A stretch of DNA of 64,000 nucleotides, taken from contig NMRA01000201.1 in assembly GCA_002633005.1 (NCBI GenBank), positions 75,139-139,138 of the forward strand, given 5' to 3'. Within the stretch, counting starts at the first letter, position 1. Each line of letters opens with the position of its first letter. This DNA is from Phoronis australis (taxonomy: Eukaryota > Animalia > Phoronida). The position numbers were made by a program, and so were the translations under genes. Positions 36,501 through 49,576 of this stretch are shown here, piece after piece. The notes beneath the pieces were generated by a model. The model was given only the letters and a program-made list of their open reading frames with translations. It was not told where the DNA came from and searched no databases.

Positions 36501-37727
36501 GCTGGTAACAAGATCCTGCTTATGTCGATTTCATCTTCGTCAAAAACAGCTGTATAGTTCTGGTAAACCTACGTGCTGATGTTGCATGATTTCTTCACTC
36601 TGAAAGTAAGTAAACAATCAAGACATTATGATAAAACTTCGCTTTTAGCTTCCCCCAGGCAGAACATTAATATTTTGAGCTTACCTTGTTCGTTACAGCC
36701 ATTAAAAGACACACAATCTGCCAAACGTCATTTGCATGAAACACTCCATCGCTTTTATAACCAAAAGTCAAAGTGGCGTCTTTCAGATTCAGGAAATCGT
36801 GAGAACTTCATCAAAGGCAAAGCAAATTCGTTCCGAATTTCATTTGTGTACAATAAAATACTCATAACTCTATAACTACCAACAAAGTGCAACCACTTCT
36901 ACTAATGTGCAGTGAATACTGCACAAACCTGTGAGAAAATCACACAGGATTGAAGAATCAGCAAAAAATGGCCAACAGATGGCGTTCTGTTTTACGCCTT
37001 TTACGGTACTCTCACGTGGGTTCCCTGATGCATGCGAAAAATAAATTAGAGTACAAGGCCTACAGAATAACCACAGCTATATACAGCTAGGAAACAAGTC
37101 TAGTTTTGTTTCCACTGTTGATGGCTTTGTTTTTAGTATTTTCGCATTGACTGGCGTATAATAGGCTAGTTTACCGTACAAACATAACTCGCAGCTCATC
37201 GACAATAAACGTAGACTCGAGTCGCATCTCGCGCTACACAAATGCCACATCCGGCAAACTATATCGATTAGCATAAACATGCAAAAATATTTAAAAAGTA
37301 AATTAAAATACAAAATTTCTAAATTAATTTCATTTTGCATCATTGGAAATTATTTTTTTTTTCAAATATCTAGAGTAATTTTTATTATTTGGAGTGTTTT
37401 TGATATAATTTGATATTCGTTTTGTGAAAATTATCGGAAGTCACTAATATTCGTCTGTTGAGAACGTGTTGAGTTAAGATGATTTTATGTTTCACTGGTT
37501 TTATTGAATACTTGCCATTTTTATGGCTACTATCGATGCCAGTTTACGGTTCTTTTTATGGTGTTGATGTTGTAGTTCAGTATTTTATTCAGATGGCAAC
37601 AGTTATTTTAATTACATCCTGTCTTCCTCGTCAGTTGGTAAGTGATATTTCCCTGATTGACAATCATAAGATTAACTTCATTAAAAACATAAGTTTTATT
37701 ACAGTGGGTGGTGTCAGTGGTGGATAT

Positions 37728-38895
37728 TGTTTATGGTACTAGATAGCTGTTCCTTTGCGCATGCGCAGTTGTCTTGTAATAGCAATCTTAGCTAATAAAC
37801 GGTGATCTTACTCACTCTCTGAAAGTCCCTGTTATACCCAACAATCGGCCGTGCGAAACCGATTGTTACATGGTGGCAGCTGTGGGATTGGCCCAGGACC
37901 GGTTTGATGCAAGCTGTTGGTGAGCTTTGAACTGAAACCTACCCAAACTAAGCGATTCTGATCTCATCTAGTTCGGGCTCCGTCACTGTGACTGTGCCTC
38001 GCATATTTTCCGATAGAACTCGCTACCGGACACTATCGTTTACACAACGCTCTCGCATCTGACAATCATGTCGGACTCTGAAGAAAGCACACACTCACAC
38101 AAACGGGCAATACATATTAAGCCTCCCAGCCCTGTTAAGCTGGCCACTGACCCTCAAGGGCAGTGGAAACTGTGGAAGCAAATATATACAAACTACTGCA
38201 TAGTAACTGAACTTGACGACTCTCGTACGGAGGCGTACAAACGTGCATTTTTAATCTCAGTGATGGGCACAGAAGCACTCGAACTGTACAACACGTGTGA
38301 CCCTAAAGACACGGACACCGCCACTGACATTCTAAGAAAGCTTGATAACCGCATTCTCGGCAAGACCAATGAAACTTTTGAGCGGTATTGTTTTAATGCA
38401 AGAAGTCAAAAATCGGGAGAGTCGGTAGATACTTACCTCNGCACCAATACTAACGATACGGACATTTCAACTAGAAAACCGATTACAAACGAAGCTGATT
38501 ACTCAATACGCAGTGAAACCAATCATGATACCAAGTTTGCCTCTCAGACCACCTTTACAACTGGAACGTACATAACACGCTCAGGACGTAGCGTAAAACC
38601 ACCTAAGCGGTTTGATTGTTGAATAAGAACTAATTAGGACATGGACTGAACAATTATTGGTTTAACATGTAGCTTAAGTTTTACTCTAACGACAGTAGAT
38701 CTAAGTATGTCGCTTTAATTTAGTTTATATCAAGCTCTCAAAAGACGGGGGATGTTTATGGTACTAGATAGCTGTTCCTTTGCGCATGCGCAGTTGTCTT
38801 GTAATAGCAATCTTAGCTAATAAACGGTGATCTTACTCACTCTCTGAAAGTCCCTGTTATACCCAACAATCGGCCGTGCGAAACCGATTGTTACA
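37728..38895 (+). mobile_element. Young Gypsy LTR retrotransposon; interior collapsed at an assembly N
   Basis: Identical 143-bp LTRs (37728-37870 and 38753-38895; TG...CA); 5-bp TSD GATAT; PBS TGGTGGCAGCTGTGGGATT (tRNA-Leu-like); PPT AAAAGACGGGGGA; gag ORF from 38068 (WKLWKQ...NETFERYCFNARSQKSGESVDTY); integrase tail YITRSGRSVKPPKRFD after the N at 38440. Confidence 0.93.
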
Positions 38896-39039
38896 GATAT
38901 GAAGAACAGATTTACTCAATGACCTGTGATCAGATCAATTATGACATGGTCCAACATTCAAGATTGATTGCTGTTCATTGCTTAGACCCTGGTTAGGGAC
39001 GAGTTAGCAGCGCTGGACGCTTAGCCAAACCCAAGTCGC

Positions 39040-39430
39040 ATTTGGCGACTTGGCAAAAATCTGAGGTCATCAAACGAAATCTGAGGTCGCCAAAATTGAA
39101 AACAAAACCGTCAGCGCTGACGAATAGATCCTCTATTCGGCGTAAATTTTCTTTGACTTTCTACAAAAAAAAACATTGTGCGGTCCTTGTCCTTCTCATT
39201 CAGACGTCAGATGTATATTCAGTCTCAAATGTAGTTATTCCTCCCACTGACGACCATGGGACGCAGATGACTGCATGGCATGGTGGTGTGAATTTCGCCG
39301 ATCTTGCCAGATTTCTGCCGAACAATTACGACTACTGTCTGTATACTTCTTGTACGTTTTACTTTAAACGTGGTGACATATGTGCCGAATTCTCAAAATA
39401 AATGGAACAATTGTGAATCAAAGTTAACAA
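39040..39430 (+). repeat. Interspersed repeat with a diverged second copy at about 58480-58810
   Basis: Shared colinear blocks AAATCTGAGGTC.CCAAAA, ATTCAGTCTC...TTCCTCC and CAAAATAAA.GGAACAATTGTGAA.CAAAG. Confidence 0.55.
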
Positions 39431-42400
39431 CTCTAGGAATGCAATTTCAGTTTTGGAAGTCAACGCAAACCTTGAAACGAATTTAGAAGGAAATTTTATC
39501 TGGCTTTGAACCTTGTGGAAAATTTCTTTGACAACTGCCGCTTGCAAAAACTGCAAGCAAAGCAGTGGTTTGTGACTGGTTAGGGTTGGCGGTTCATGTA
39601 ACTGCTGTGTGCACATCAAGAATTTCTGCAAATTAGGCTTGACCCAGGCTTCGCTAGTACCATTCAAGCATTAGACACATTCAGGAGAGCAGGAGATAAA
39701 ACTAAGTGGCAATTTTTCATCCAAGTGACCATTTCAGCTAGCCATAGTTTGTGTTGAAGTCACGTTATCAAGGTTGCCCACTCCTCTTGTTATCAATTAA
39801 CTTTCAGATGTTTGTATAATGAAGAAGAGTGGCATCCTCACACCCTCAATTTGAAATGGTGACCTGGGATTTAACTCCCAAGTCATTCTGGGTGGCGGTC
39901 AAGAGTTTCAAATGCCGCAGACAGGTCTGTCATTCTGAAGCCAGTAATCCATGTTGGCCGAAATTGTGATACGAGTAACAATAAGAATGAAACGTGGTAT
40001 TTTGCTATATTTTCAGAATTTTTTATCAACATTTCTTCAGACATCAGTCTTCGGTATTCTCATCAGCACTTCGCTCTTATCACCCCCATCGTTCATATTG
40101 TGGATGGTGGGAAAACTTTTGACATGGACCGAGCCATTGCTGTTGGTAGGGGAAGCAAGTGGTGCCATCCTGCTGTTCATGAGCATTAGCATTTTTCTGT
40201 CCGAAAAAATTGATGACAACCCAAGAATGTTCAAGGTTTGTTCTTTTATCAATTCCTAGCCACACCAAGAGTTTTAATTCATGTTGAATTAAGAAAGCTT
40301 ACTGGCTATGCTTGAATCTTACTCCTACGTTGTGGTCCTATGGTGCTGCAATCTATTTTTGCCAGTTCAAAAACCTATGCGCTCCAGAACTCTTGAGATC
40401 CGATTAACAGAATCCATAAGTGTATTATCCTTCATGACCAGTTTCCTTCGTTTGGATGGTGGGGACTACACCAGCTCTGACTGACACTCTGTCTCAAGTG
40501 TGTGCACCGCAATAAGTAAATGTGGCTTGTGAACACGATAGCCCAATTAAAGTTCTTATTGTATTTGTCTAAGGAATTCAGAGCTCCTAATAAATTAGCT
40601 CATCAAGTTAGAAGTCTAAGAGATGCAAATTAATGAGAATGTAAAGTTATTGAACATTCTCCATCGTATGATTATTTTTTCTCAGTCTGCAACACCTTCT
40701 TATTTCTAGATGCTCATCCTTGGACTCGCTGGTGCTTGTTATGTTACTGTGTCTGTGGCTTTGATTGCCCTCTTCACATCTCCTAACATTGTGTGGTAAG
40801 TGATTCAAACTCATTTGTAGTCTACAACATCTGTTTGTTCACAAAATGTGTCTCATGTTTAGATATCTTCAAGCAGAATAAAATTTCCTCCTTTGTTGTG
40901 GGCTATCAATGTAGATTTGAGTGCATGTTTGGGATAGTTAATTATACCTTGTGCCTTTTTGCCATGTCTATGTTAACCTGTAGAATGTGTTCGCTTGTTC
41001 TCATTCCTCCTTATACAATTGTGTGTCCTACAATAGGCCTATCGTGAAACCTCAGGAATACTGAACAAACATAATTCCCAGAGTTGGTCTTTTCTCATTT
41101 TCCTGAGGCTTCTAACATTTTTGTGAAGTCTCACATTTTCTCACAATCATTGTCAGATAGTAGCTTCGGTGTTAGTCTTTAAATATGATTTAGCATTTAT
41201 AAAATATTTGATATTCTATTTTCTAAATTAAGGAAAACGGCAAATTTCTCTTATCTACCATATTGTGTCCTAAACTGGTTAGATTTTACCATATGATGAC
41301 TTGGGTTCATGTCTGCCACAGGTATACTGTCCTGCTATTGACTGTGCTGTGTACAACACATCTAAGCATGTGGTGGTCTGAAGACGGTATCATAACAGAT
41401 GCTGCGTTCATTACGCTCTGCTCTGCCATTTTACTGAACGTCAAGGAACAAGAAAACTACTACTTGACACAGCCTTTGGAGATACCCGACACCTGGAACA
41501 CGTAAGAAGTACAATTAAATGACACATATTCAAAGGAGCCTTAATGAAGCAATACAATCCGCGTCTTCTGGCAAAAACTCTTCTTTTGTTTTAAGCCATT
41601 TTTATGATGGACTTGCCTATTAGCAATGTAGTTAGATTACATTTCTTCGCCGACTGTTCAAAAGTATTTAGCCGTCAAACAGCATCGATCTGTGTCATTT
41701 TAATTTGGACTCCCATCTTCTTTCCCATTGACCTTTTGCTGTTTAATATTTGCGGGACATTCGCATTGGATTGTGGGACACCAGTCAGCCAAGCAAAATG
41801 AAACTGACCAATGAAGTCGTGGTAGAATTCCGTAGACACAAGAATCTCCCAAGGGGTTGTATTGTTATGTTGTGCTTGGCTTGTAAAACATGGTGATATC
41901 TCGTGAAGTCTTGCGAGATTCTTCCATCTACAGAGCACAAGCCAGATAACACACACCTATATTTGCAGCCAACAGATGGCGATGAACTTGTGTATCCCAC
42001 AATTCTCTGACTGCGTCCTGTCCCTAGTTTTCTGACATCATCTGAAGAGAAGCAGACGGCAGATCTGTCTCAGTCACCTTACAAATCTTGAGCTGTACAT
42101 CCCAATTTAAAACTGGATCTTGTGTCTGCTTTCTGCATCAAAGAGGATAACAATTATTCTGTACTGGCAAAAGCAGCTTATTACTAGACTACGCATTTTG
42201 TTTCCAACTTTCTATGTGAAAACTCCTTCAATTGGACCACTTACCTCTGTAAAATGTGTACCTTGCTCAGACAGAAGTGATTTTTGGGCTTTGGAAGAAT
42301 GGACAATTTGATGCTGATGGGGATCTATTGGGCAGGATCTGAGTTATTGAATTTTAACACCTTCAGTGTTTGATTAGGTGCTGAAACCAATGTGGCTGTT

Positions 42401-43577
42401 AGCCGTATGGTCTGTGGCTGAACATTACTAAGATGGAATCAATGATTTTTAGTAAAGTAAACACACTTTTATGCAAGTCCAGTCTAGTGTCTTTACCCTG
42501 AGATGTTCAAACACGCAATATTCTTCAAGTTGGGACAGAAATGATTACTAAACCCTCCATATTTCAATTTTTGAAATGCTTCCTACATTACTGTATGCAA
42601 ATGCTCATAATTAGACCAAATGCTTAGTGACATCTGTTCCATACAAACCATGTTAAAAGTAAAGTGAATTATGTTAAAGTTATTATTTTTTTTAAATCCC
42701 AATTGTCCTGCCTTCTGTGTCTCAAATGGAACTTAACAATTTCACCAAAAGTAGTATATTATGGAGATTGTTATGATTATTGCTAGCAAATGCGTGTTTC
42801 ATTTCAACAACAATTGTAGTATTTTTTAGATTCCACAACATCTCTTACTTGACCATATTCAAAGAAGCAATTCATGGAAGTGCAAGTAAGTGTCCCAATT
42901 AACTTCAGTCGCGGAACATACTACAATTTATGGTAATTCTTCTCTTATTTCCTACAAAAGAAATATATTTTCCCAATAGTCAGAGTTTTCTAAATAAACC
43001 GAATTATATACAGACTTCGTAGTTGATTGGTGTGCGAAATCAACTGAATAACCAAGCATTGAAAACAACCATTGGCGAATTCTGAGCAGCACTTGCGATA
43101 GTAGAGCTAAGTCCATTCACCAACTTGGCGAATGCTTTCGCAACTGACTTGAGAATAAAAATTAATTTTGGGAAACCTACTCACGTACTGTAGACTCACA
43201 GTCAGAGTCGTGCCGCAAACGACATTCGTACTTTGATTCCGAGTCCTAAAAATAGCAAGCAAATATTCCATTTCATGTCTGTCACTCCCCCTGAAATCAC
43301 TCTTTTACTGCGATGAAATGTTCGACTGTGTCGTGGAAGGGGGGAGCGCAGCGTTCTTGGTAATTGCGATTTCTTACTTCATAGCGAGATCTCGTTTGGG
43401 TGCTGCCGCTTGTTGTCTGCAAGTGACAATGTCAAGATGGTAAGGTAAATGTCAAAATGTCAATTTGTTACTTAATGGGTTTGATATTCTCTATTCTACA
43501 CGGTCAAATCATTTATCTTTATTTTGCAAGTCACAAGAAATGTTAACATTTTTGGATCTAAATGTCTTGCTCATCAA

Positions 43578-43790
43578 AATGCCCACGTGACCGACATACC
43601 CCACCGTAACCCAGAGATAGGGGGAATCCGTGCCCATTTTTTTTAGGATCAACATCATTGAAATGCCCATGTGGCTGGCATACCCCGCCGTAATCCAGGG
43701 ATAGGGGGAACCCCTGCCGAATTTTTTTAGGTCAATATCATGTCATCAAGACCAGAGTACTCCCAACGTAACCTTGGGGATAAGGAGAAA
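43578..43790. repeat. Short tandem repeat, ~83-bp unit, about 2.5 copies
   Basis: AAATGCCCA.GTG...CATACCCC.CCGTAA.CCAG.GATAGGGG repeated. Confidence 0.6.
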
Positions 43791-45114
43791 GTATTTGGCT
43801 AATAATTTTTGAAAATGGCTAAAAGTTTTCATATGCTTTAGTCATTTTGGCTAATGCCTTTATAAGTCTTGCGCGAGCCTAGGCATGTGACTCATTTGTG
43901 ACACCACACTCATCAAGGTCACCCTTTTCACCTCATATTTACGTCATGAGATATTCCATAGTTTTGAATATAGAATACTCAGACTGCAGTTAAATAGGTG
44001 TGTATTATTAGAATTAATGACTGGGCTCTCCATTGACATTTTCCAAAGTGCAAACTGTCTGCGAATTATGTGAGGCAAGATATTCCCAAGTAGCCTCATG
44101 AGAAACAAGTGAGAGACAAAATATTATTTTCCAAAAATATTGTATGTGCGAAATGAGGTGAGGCGAAATAAGTGGAGAATTACCGTATTTGAAATCTCAT
44201 AAGTCAGTGATATGTTGACGATGTTCTTCTGTTGCTCTTTTAATGGTAAGACCATTCTTGTTGACTAAAAAAAAACGTTTTATAAGAAAATAGCGGTAAT
44301 GAGTGAGAATCAACATTGTATACAAAACTGTGCCAAATTGATGGTGGATTGCCTGTTTGCTTTGAGAGATGAGGAGCATAGTTTGTTATGCAGTTGTCAT
44401 TAAATTAAAAATCTGAGCATTTTAGCAGTGCAGTAAGTCTTAAGAAAATAAAAAGTGACAACTGTTCGTGTTCATATTTGAATCCAGATCATTCATACAG
44501 TTTGTCCTTCCTCACTGTTCTAATGTTGTTACATTGGTACTCCACTTGTAAAATGCTGAATAGAGAGTTGGGTTGCATGTACTGTAAGCAAATCACATTG
44601 GGTTGGTTTATGACACACTTATCTCCTTCGTCCTTATCTTTTGACGATGATGCTGCGGCATAATTTTATGGTCTAAAGACTAATGCCAACTTTCTCCCAT
44701 TTCCTATGTTTGACAGTGCATTTTTCTTCAGCTAACACTGCCAAGGCCATGATGTTTCTACGTAAAGTCATGTCTCCTGTCTATGTTTCTATGATGGCGG
44801 TAAGAGTATGCAGTGTTCTGTCTCTCTACAGTAGTTTTTGTCAGGTAAGTAAAGCATAGTTTACTTGCCACAAGTATTCATAAAGTTGGTTATGGTTAGG
44901 AGCTTATCACTGATTTATGTGTTGGGAGTTCTGCACAACCTGTTGGTGGTTTTGACATAACCACCCCGTTTTTGTCGTGTTTTATCGTATCGCTCTTGTC
45001 TTTTTAGGGAATTATGTTTCCTCGAGATTGACCTAAACTACCCAATTTACTAAGCGATACCATTTGTACTGCCCGATGTGGTCTGAATTTTAAGAAAAAA
45101 ACAGATTTTTATTA

Positions 45115-47036
45115 CCGTAATCGTTCGGGTTAACGCCCATGCTCAGTTAACCGCCCATCCCCAACTTTAAGTGGATTTCCGATTTAACCGCCCACTGCTC
45201 AGTTAAGCGCCCCCCTGCGATTTTTGAAGATTTCCAGTTAAGCGCCCACCTCTCGGTTAAGCGCCCATCCCGACTTTTTAAGAATGAAGATTTAGCGCCT
45301 AGTGCTAAGGAAACGCGCGATTCCCCGACTTTTAGAAAAAGATCGATAATCACAATGAGTGCAACGACGCCGGGACTCCGAGACGGTGGTTTAGCAATCT
45401 GAATCACAATACAGGTAAAGAGTTATTGTCTTGGGTCATGAACTCACTTCAAAATACTTGAACCTTTTTGTCACTTTATTTTCTTCCCTTGTTTGCAAAG
45501 TTTAAGAACGCCGCCGGCGTCAAAACCTCCGCTTTCAGCGACTTTGTCTGCCGCACTGAGTTNNNNNNNNNNNNNNNNNNNNNNNNNNNNNNNNNNNNNN
45601 NNNNNNNNNNNNNNNNNNNNNNNNNNNNNNNNNNNNNNNNNNNNNNNNNNNNNNNNNNNNNNNNNNNNNNNNNNNNNNNNNNNNNNNNNNNNNNNNNNNN
45701 NNNNNNNNNNNNNNNNNNNNNNNNNNNNNNNNNNNNNNNNNNNNNNNNNNNNNNNNNNNNNNNNNNNNNNNNNNNNNNNNNNNNNNNNNNNNNNNNNNNN
45801 NNNNNNNNNNNNNNNNNNNNNNNNNNNNNNNNNNNNNNNNNNNNNNNNNNNNNNNNNNNNNNNNNNNNNNNNNNNNNNNNNNNNNNNNNNNNNNNNNNNN
45901 NNNNNNNNNNNNNNNNNNNNNNNNNNNNNNNNNNNNNNNNNNNNNNNNNNNNNNNNNNNNNNNNNNNNNNNNNNNNNNNNNNNNNNNNNNNNNNNNNNNN
46001 NNNNNNNNNNNNNNNNNNNNNNNNNNNNNNNNNNNNNNNNNNNNNNNNNNNNNNNNNNNNNNNNNNNNNNNNNNNNNNNNNNNNNNNNNNNNNNNNNNNN
46101 NNNNNNNNNNNNNNNNNNNNNNNNNNNNNNNNNNNNNNNNNNNNNNNNNNNNNNNNNNNNNNNNNNNNNNNNNNNNNNNNNNNNNNNNNNNNNNNNNNNN
46201 NNNNNNNNNNNNNNNNNNNNNNNNNNNNNNNNNNNNNNNNNNNNNNNNNNNNNNNNNNNNNNNNNNNNNNNNNNNNNNNNNNNNNNNNNNNNNNNNNNNN
46301 NNNNNNNNNNNNNNNNNNNNNNNNNNNNNNNNNNNNNNNNNNNNNNNNNNNNNNNNNNNNNNNNNNNNNNNNNNNNNNNNNGCAGAACCATACGCTGAAA
46401 ATGTCATTGAGTCACAGAGTGTCGACTATAACATCCCAAACACAAAAAAAAACAGCAGAGTTTTTCAAACTTTTATTACAACCAATTTTAAAACTGCTCT
46501 CTGACTCAGAACTTGACAGCTACATATAGTACGAGACCATAAATTTGATGTCTGACCTCTGCAACACGTGAAGCTTGCACGTGCGCACTTAAGCAGGGTC
46601 ACATCTTGAAACAGTTTTATTCTAGTGGAGGCTGCGTGATCACTGGTCGTCTGCGCACCGCAGGACGGCACGGGGCTATTACTCAGCAATTTTGTAAATT
46701 TAATAGTGAATGACTAATCTGAGGGCAAAAGAACCTTTGTTGGGATCATCCGCTGTTATGACGTTTTCACAGTCATTTGGCGACGTGACGATAAAGCTCT
46801 TTGAAAAGGGCTACGCATTCCGAGTATGAGTGTCGTGTCGGGATTTAGATCGCCAGGTAAGATTAACCGCCCAGGGCGGTTGACTGTCGTAATAAGCGCC
46901 CATGTTCGGTTAACCGCCCATCCCCTACTTTAGGTGGATTTTCGATTTAACCGCCCACTGCTCAGTTAACCGCCCTCCCCCGATTTTTTGGGTTCGCCAA
47001 TTTAACCGCCCAGGGCGTTAACCCGAACGATTACGG
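45115..47036. mobile_element. Tc1/mariner-pogo (Tc2-like) DNA transposon, probably non-autonomous; spans an N gap
   Basis: Perfect 24-bp TIRs CCGTAATCGTTCGGGTTAACGCCC; TA flanks on both sides; subterminal arrays of TTAA(C/G)CGCCC at both ends. Confidence 0.85.
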
Positions 47037-49576
47037 TATTTGTTTTGTGTGTTGTAATGATGAACTGTTGCAACCTAGCTTGTAAATTGCCTGTTGGACA
47101 GTACAAATGATCAGGGCTAGTGACTAGGCGGCAGTAGGGTCAGATGTACACATGCTAACATACATTTCAGCTTCTGACGAAAGGTCTTTACTCATGTTAG
47201 AATTTTTGTTTTGACTACATAGACTGAGATCAGTTTAACTGCAAAATGTGTTTGAGGACCTTTGGCATTCATGGTTTGTGTTAAGACTGTCAAACACCTG
47301 AGATTTTGATGGAACTCTTGCCACGCTAAGCAACAGCATTACAATACAAGTTTATTGTTCATGTACTCCTTATCAACACTTGGCTAGGGAGCAGTCATTT
47401 TCCTGTGAATACATGGTTTCTTTTTCATGTTTTTTTGTTTTACCAGGGTGACCCCGAAGAAAAGGATAACTCATCACTTGAGACTGGTTCTCACAGATGG
47501 CAGTTCGGTGTATCAGAATTGTCCCTCAAACTACTGCTGATGGCTGTCTATACCCAGACTATTGTGCATCACGTGACAAGTTTCGCCAGTGACCGGCGTT
47601 ATCAACAGCCCACTGAGGAATGGTGGTTCACCTTGGATTTGTTCTTACCTGGTCGAATTGCACAGATATTCATTATGTTACTGACTTACTTTTTTATATT
47701 GTATAAGAAGTCTGAGGAGTGATGGTGTTGATGTGTTCTGACACACTGTACAAGGAAAGTGTATGTATTTACCAAGAACTATGCATTACGTTGAATCTTA
47801 TTCTGGTGTTTATAGAGAAGTCTACATGCAGCTAACCTTCTGTCTCAGTTTACTTTATTGATTGTAAAGTTGTGCTGGTTGGAAAACTTGAGATCAGGTG
47901 TGAATATATTGAGAAGGAAATTGTGACCTTGGCTTGAGTGCTTGGACTTTGCGAATAACTTGACTGGAACGAAGAACTAACCATTGTGGAGAACGTGTAT
48001 TACATCATTTTACAGTTGTTCAGGAAAGCTGAATTTTGATTTTGATATGGGAGTCATGTTTTGACGGAATTGTTAATGAAGCAGAATAGGTGTCAGCGTT
48101 CTGAAATACTTGGACTGGATGAATACTCTCACTGATCTGAGGCTGTCGTCCGAGATGAAATGAGGCCTTCTTCAAAGTTGGGCGTCGCATCTCACTTAGG
48201 CCTGTTTGTGCTCTACACAGAATGCCTGACAGAATCTTGTCATCAAGTCATGCAATTACATTGAAGAAATATGACTTGCGGACGTGAAAGGTGAGTTGAC
48301 GAAATTTTTATTTTTTCTGCTTTTAGAATAACCGTAATGCTTGTTTTTTTTTTATGCAGATTCAACTTCCATTTCATGTTCTTGGTCATTGAAGTATTCG
48401 GTATTGTCGAATATTTACAAATATATTTGTTACTGAGAGAGCTACAAAGGGCAAAATGATCATGGGGGTTACTTTATTCTTTTTTTACAGAAGTGCTTCT
48501 AGAAAATCAGCATCTAGAGGGTGGGTGCAAAAAAGTCGGGCTGGCACGAAAAAGTCACTCTTTTGTTCAGTTTTGCTCCAAAACCCTATTTATAACCCAT
48601 TAAGTGACACTACAAGAGATGTGACATTGTGGAAAATGAGATATTGTTGTGACCGATGTCGTAAAATATAAGATAAAATTTAAAACTCTTTTGTAGATTT
48701 TCATAGTAGTACCTTTTTGTAGCGTTTATTATTCCCAACTCTTATAATATTACCGATATTAAATCAGAGATGGTACTAGTGGTGTCAAAGTCAACCATCT
48801 GAGGAGCATGTCACATATATAGGTATTGTGTGAGAGCAGCCCCCCCCTCCCCCCCCCCAAGTAAAATATACATAGACATGTGAATTGCACTCAGTATTTT
48901 ATTCTTTGATTATTGTCAGTTTGAGTAAAAGTATAATCTGTAATTGAAAGGTTTCAAGATCCCCTGAATTTTTATGACCCTCATTACTACCCCTAGTCAC
49001 CATTTTATTTTTCACCAACATAGTACACCGGCTTTGATGTGACAACAGTCGTCTGAAAAAATGCAAATTCAGTTTTTAATCTGGCTTGGTTTTGCTGTTT
49101 TGTTTGATTATCAGTCATACGACCTGCTGGTGTTATGCACAAAACGTTTGTAAATGCAAAATGCATTTTTAATAACATAGTTTGAAGTGTGTTGTAAATG
49201 TCATGGTGAATCAGAACAAAGTGTTGAGATCTTTCGGTGCACTATGTAAAAATCAAGTGTCAAGGTAAAATAATTCCGACATGAGTTTCATTATATCTTG
49301 TAATTTTTATTTTTTTATGGTGCGTCGAAAGATCTGAACACTTAACAGTGTTAAGCATATGTAGAACCTGATTGACAAGTGTGTGTGTTTACCAAACTAT
49401 GCAAAACTAGAAATTGTAACTGCCTAAAACTATACATTTCTTGAAAGCTTGTTAGAATTTGATTTATACTTTTTTGCCATTCTGCCATTAGTGTGGTCAC
49501 TGAATATGTCTTTTTAGTAAAATAAAAATGCACTCTGATTGCGAAACAATAGTATCATTAACATAACCAAATTTTT

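Noticed and set aside
36094-36579. 161-aa ORF on +
   Set aside because: Antisense shadow of TRMT44 exon 1.
38068-38622. 184-aa ORF as a TRIM-like mini-element or domesticated gag gene
   Set aside because: It is a gag start fused to an integrase tail across an assembly N at 38440.
39950-42050. Possible decayed LINE on the minus strand (FILLG and SGISKGCV-like words)
   Set aside because: Too degenerate to assign confidently by eye.
45140-45270. Regularly recurring TTAACCGCCC motifs as a CRISPR-like array
   Set aside because: Eukaryotic context, irregular spacing, and located inside the TIRs of a DNA transposon.
45468-46529. Long ORFs of 290-353 aa (and similar ones at 50418-50840)
   Set aside because: They are runs of N translated as X.
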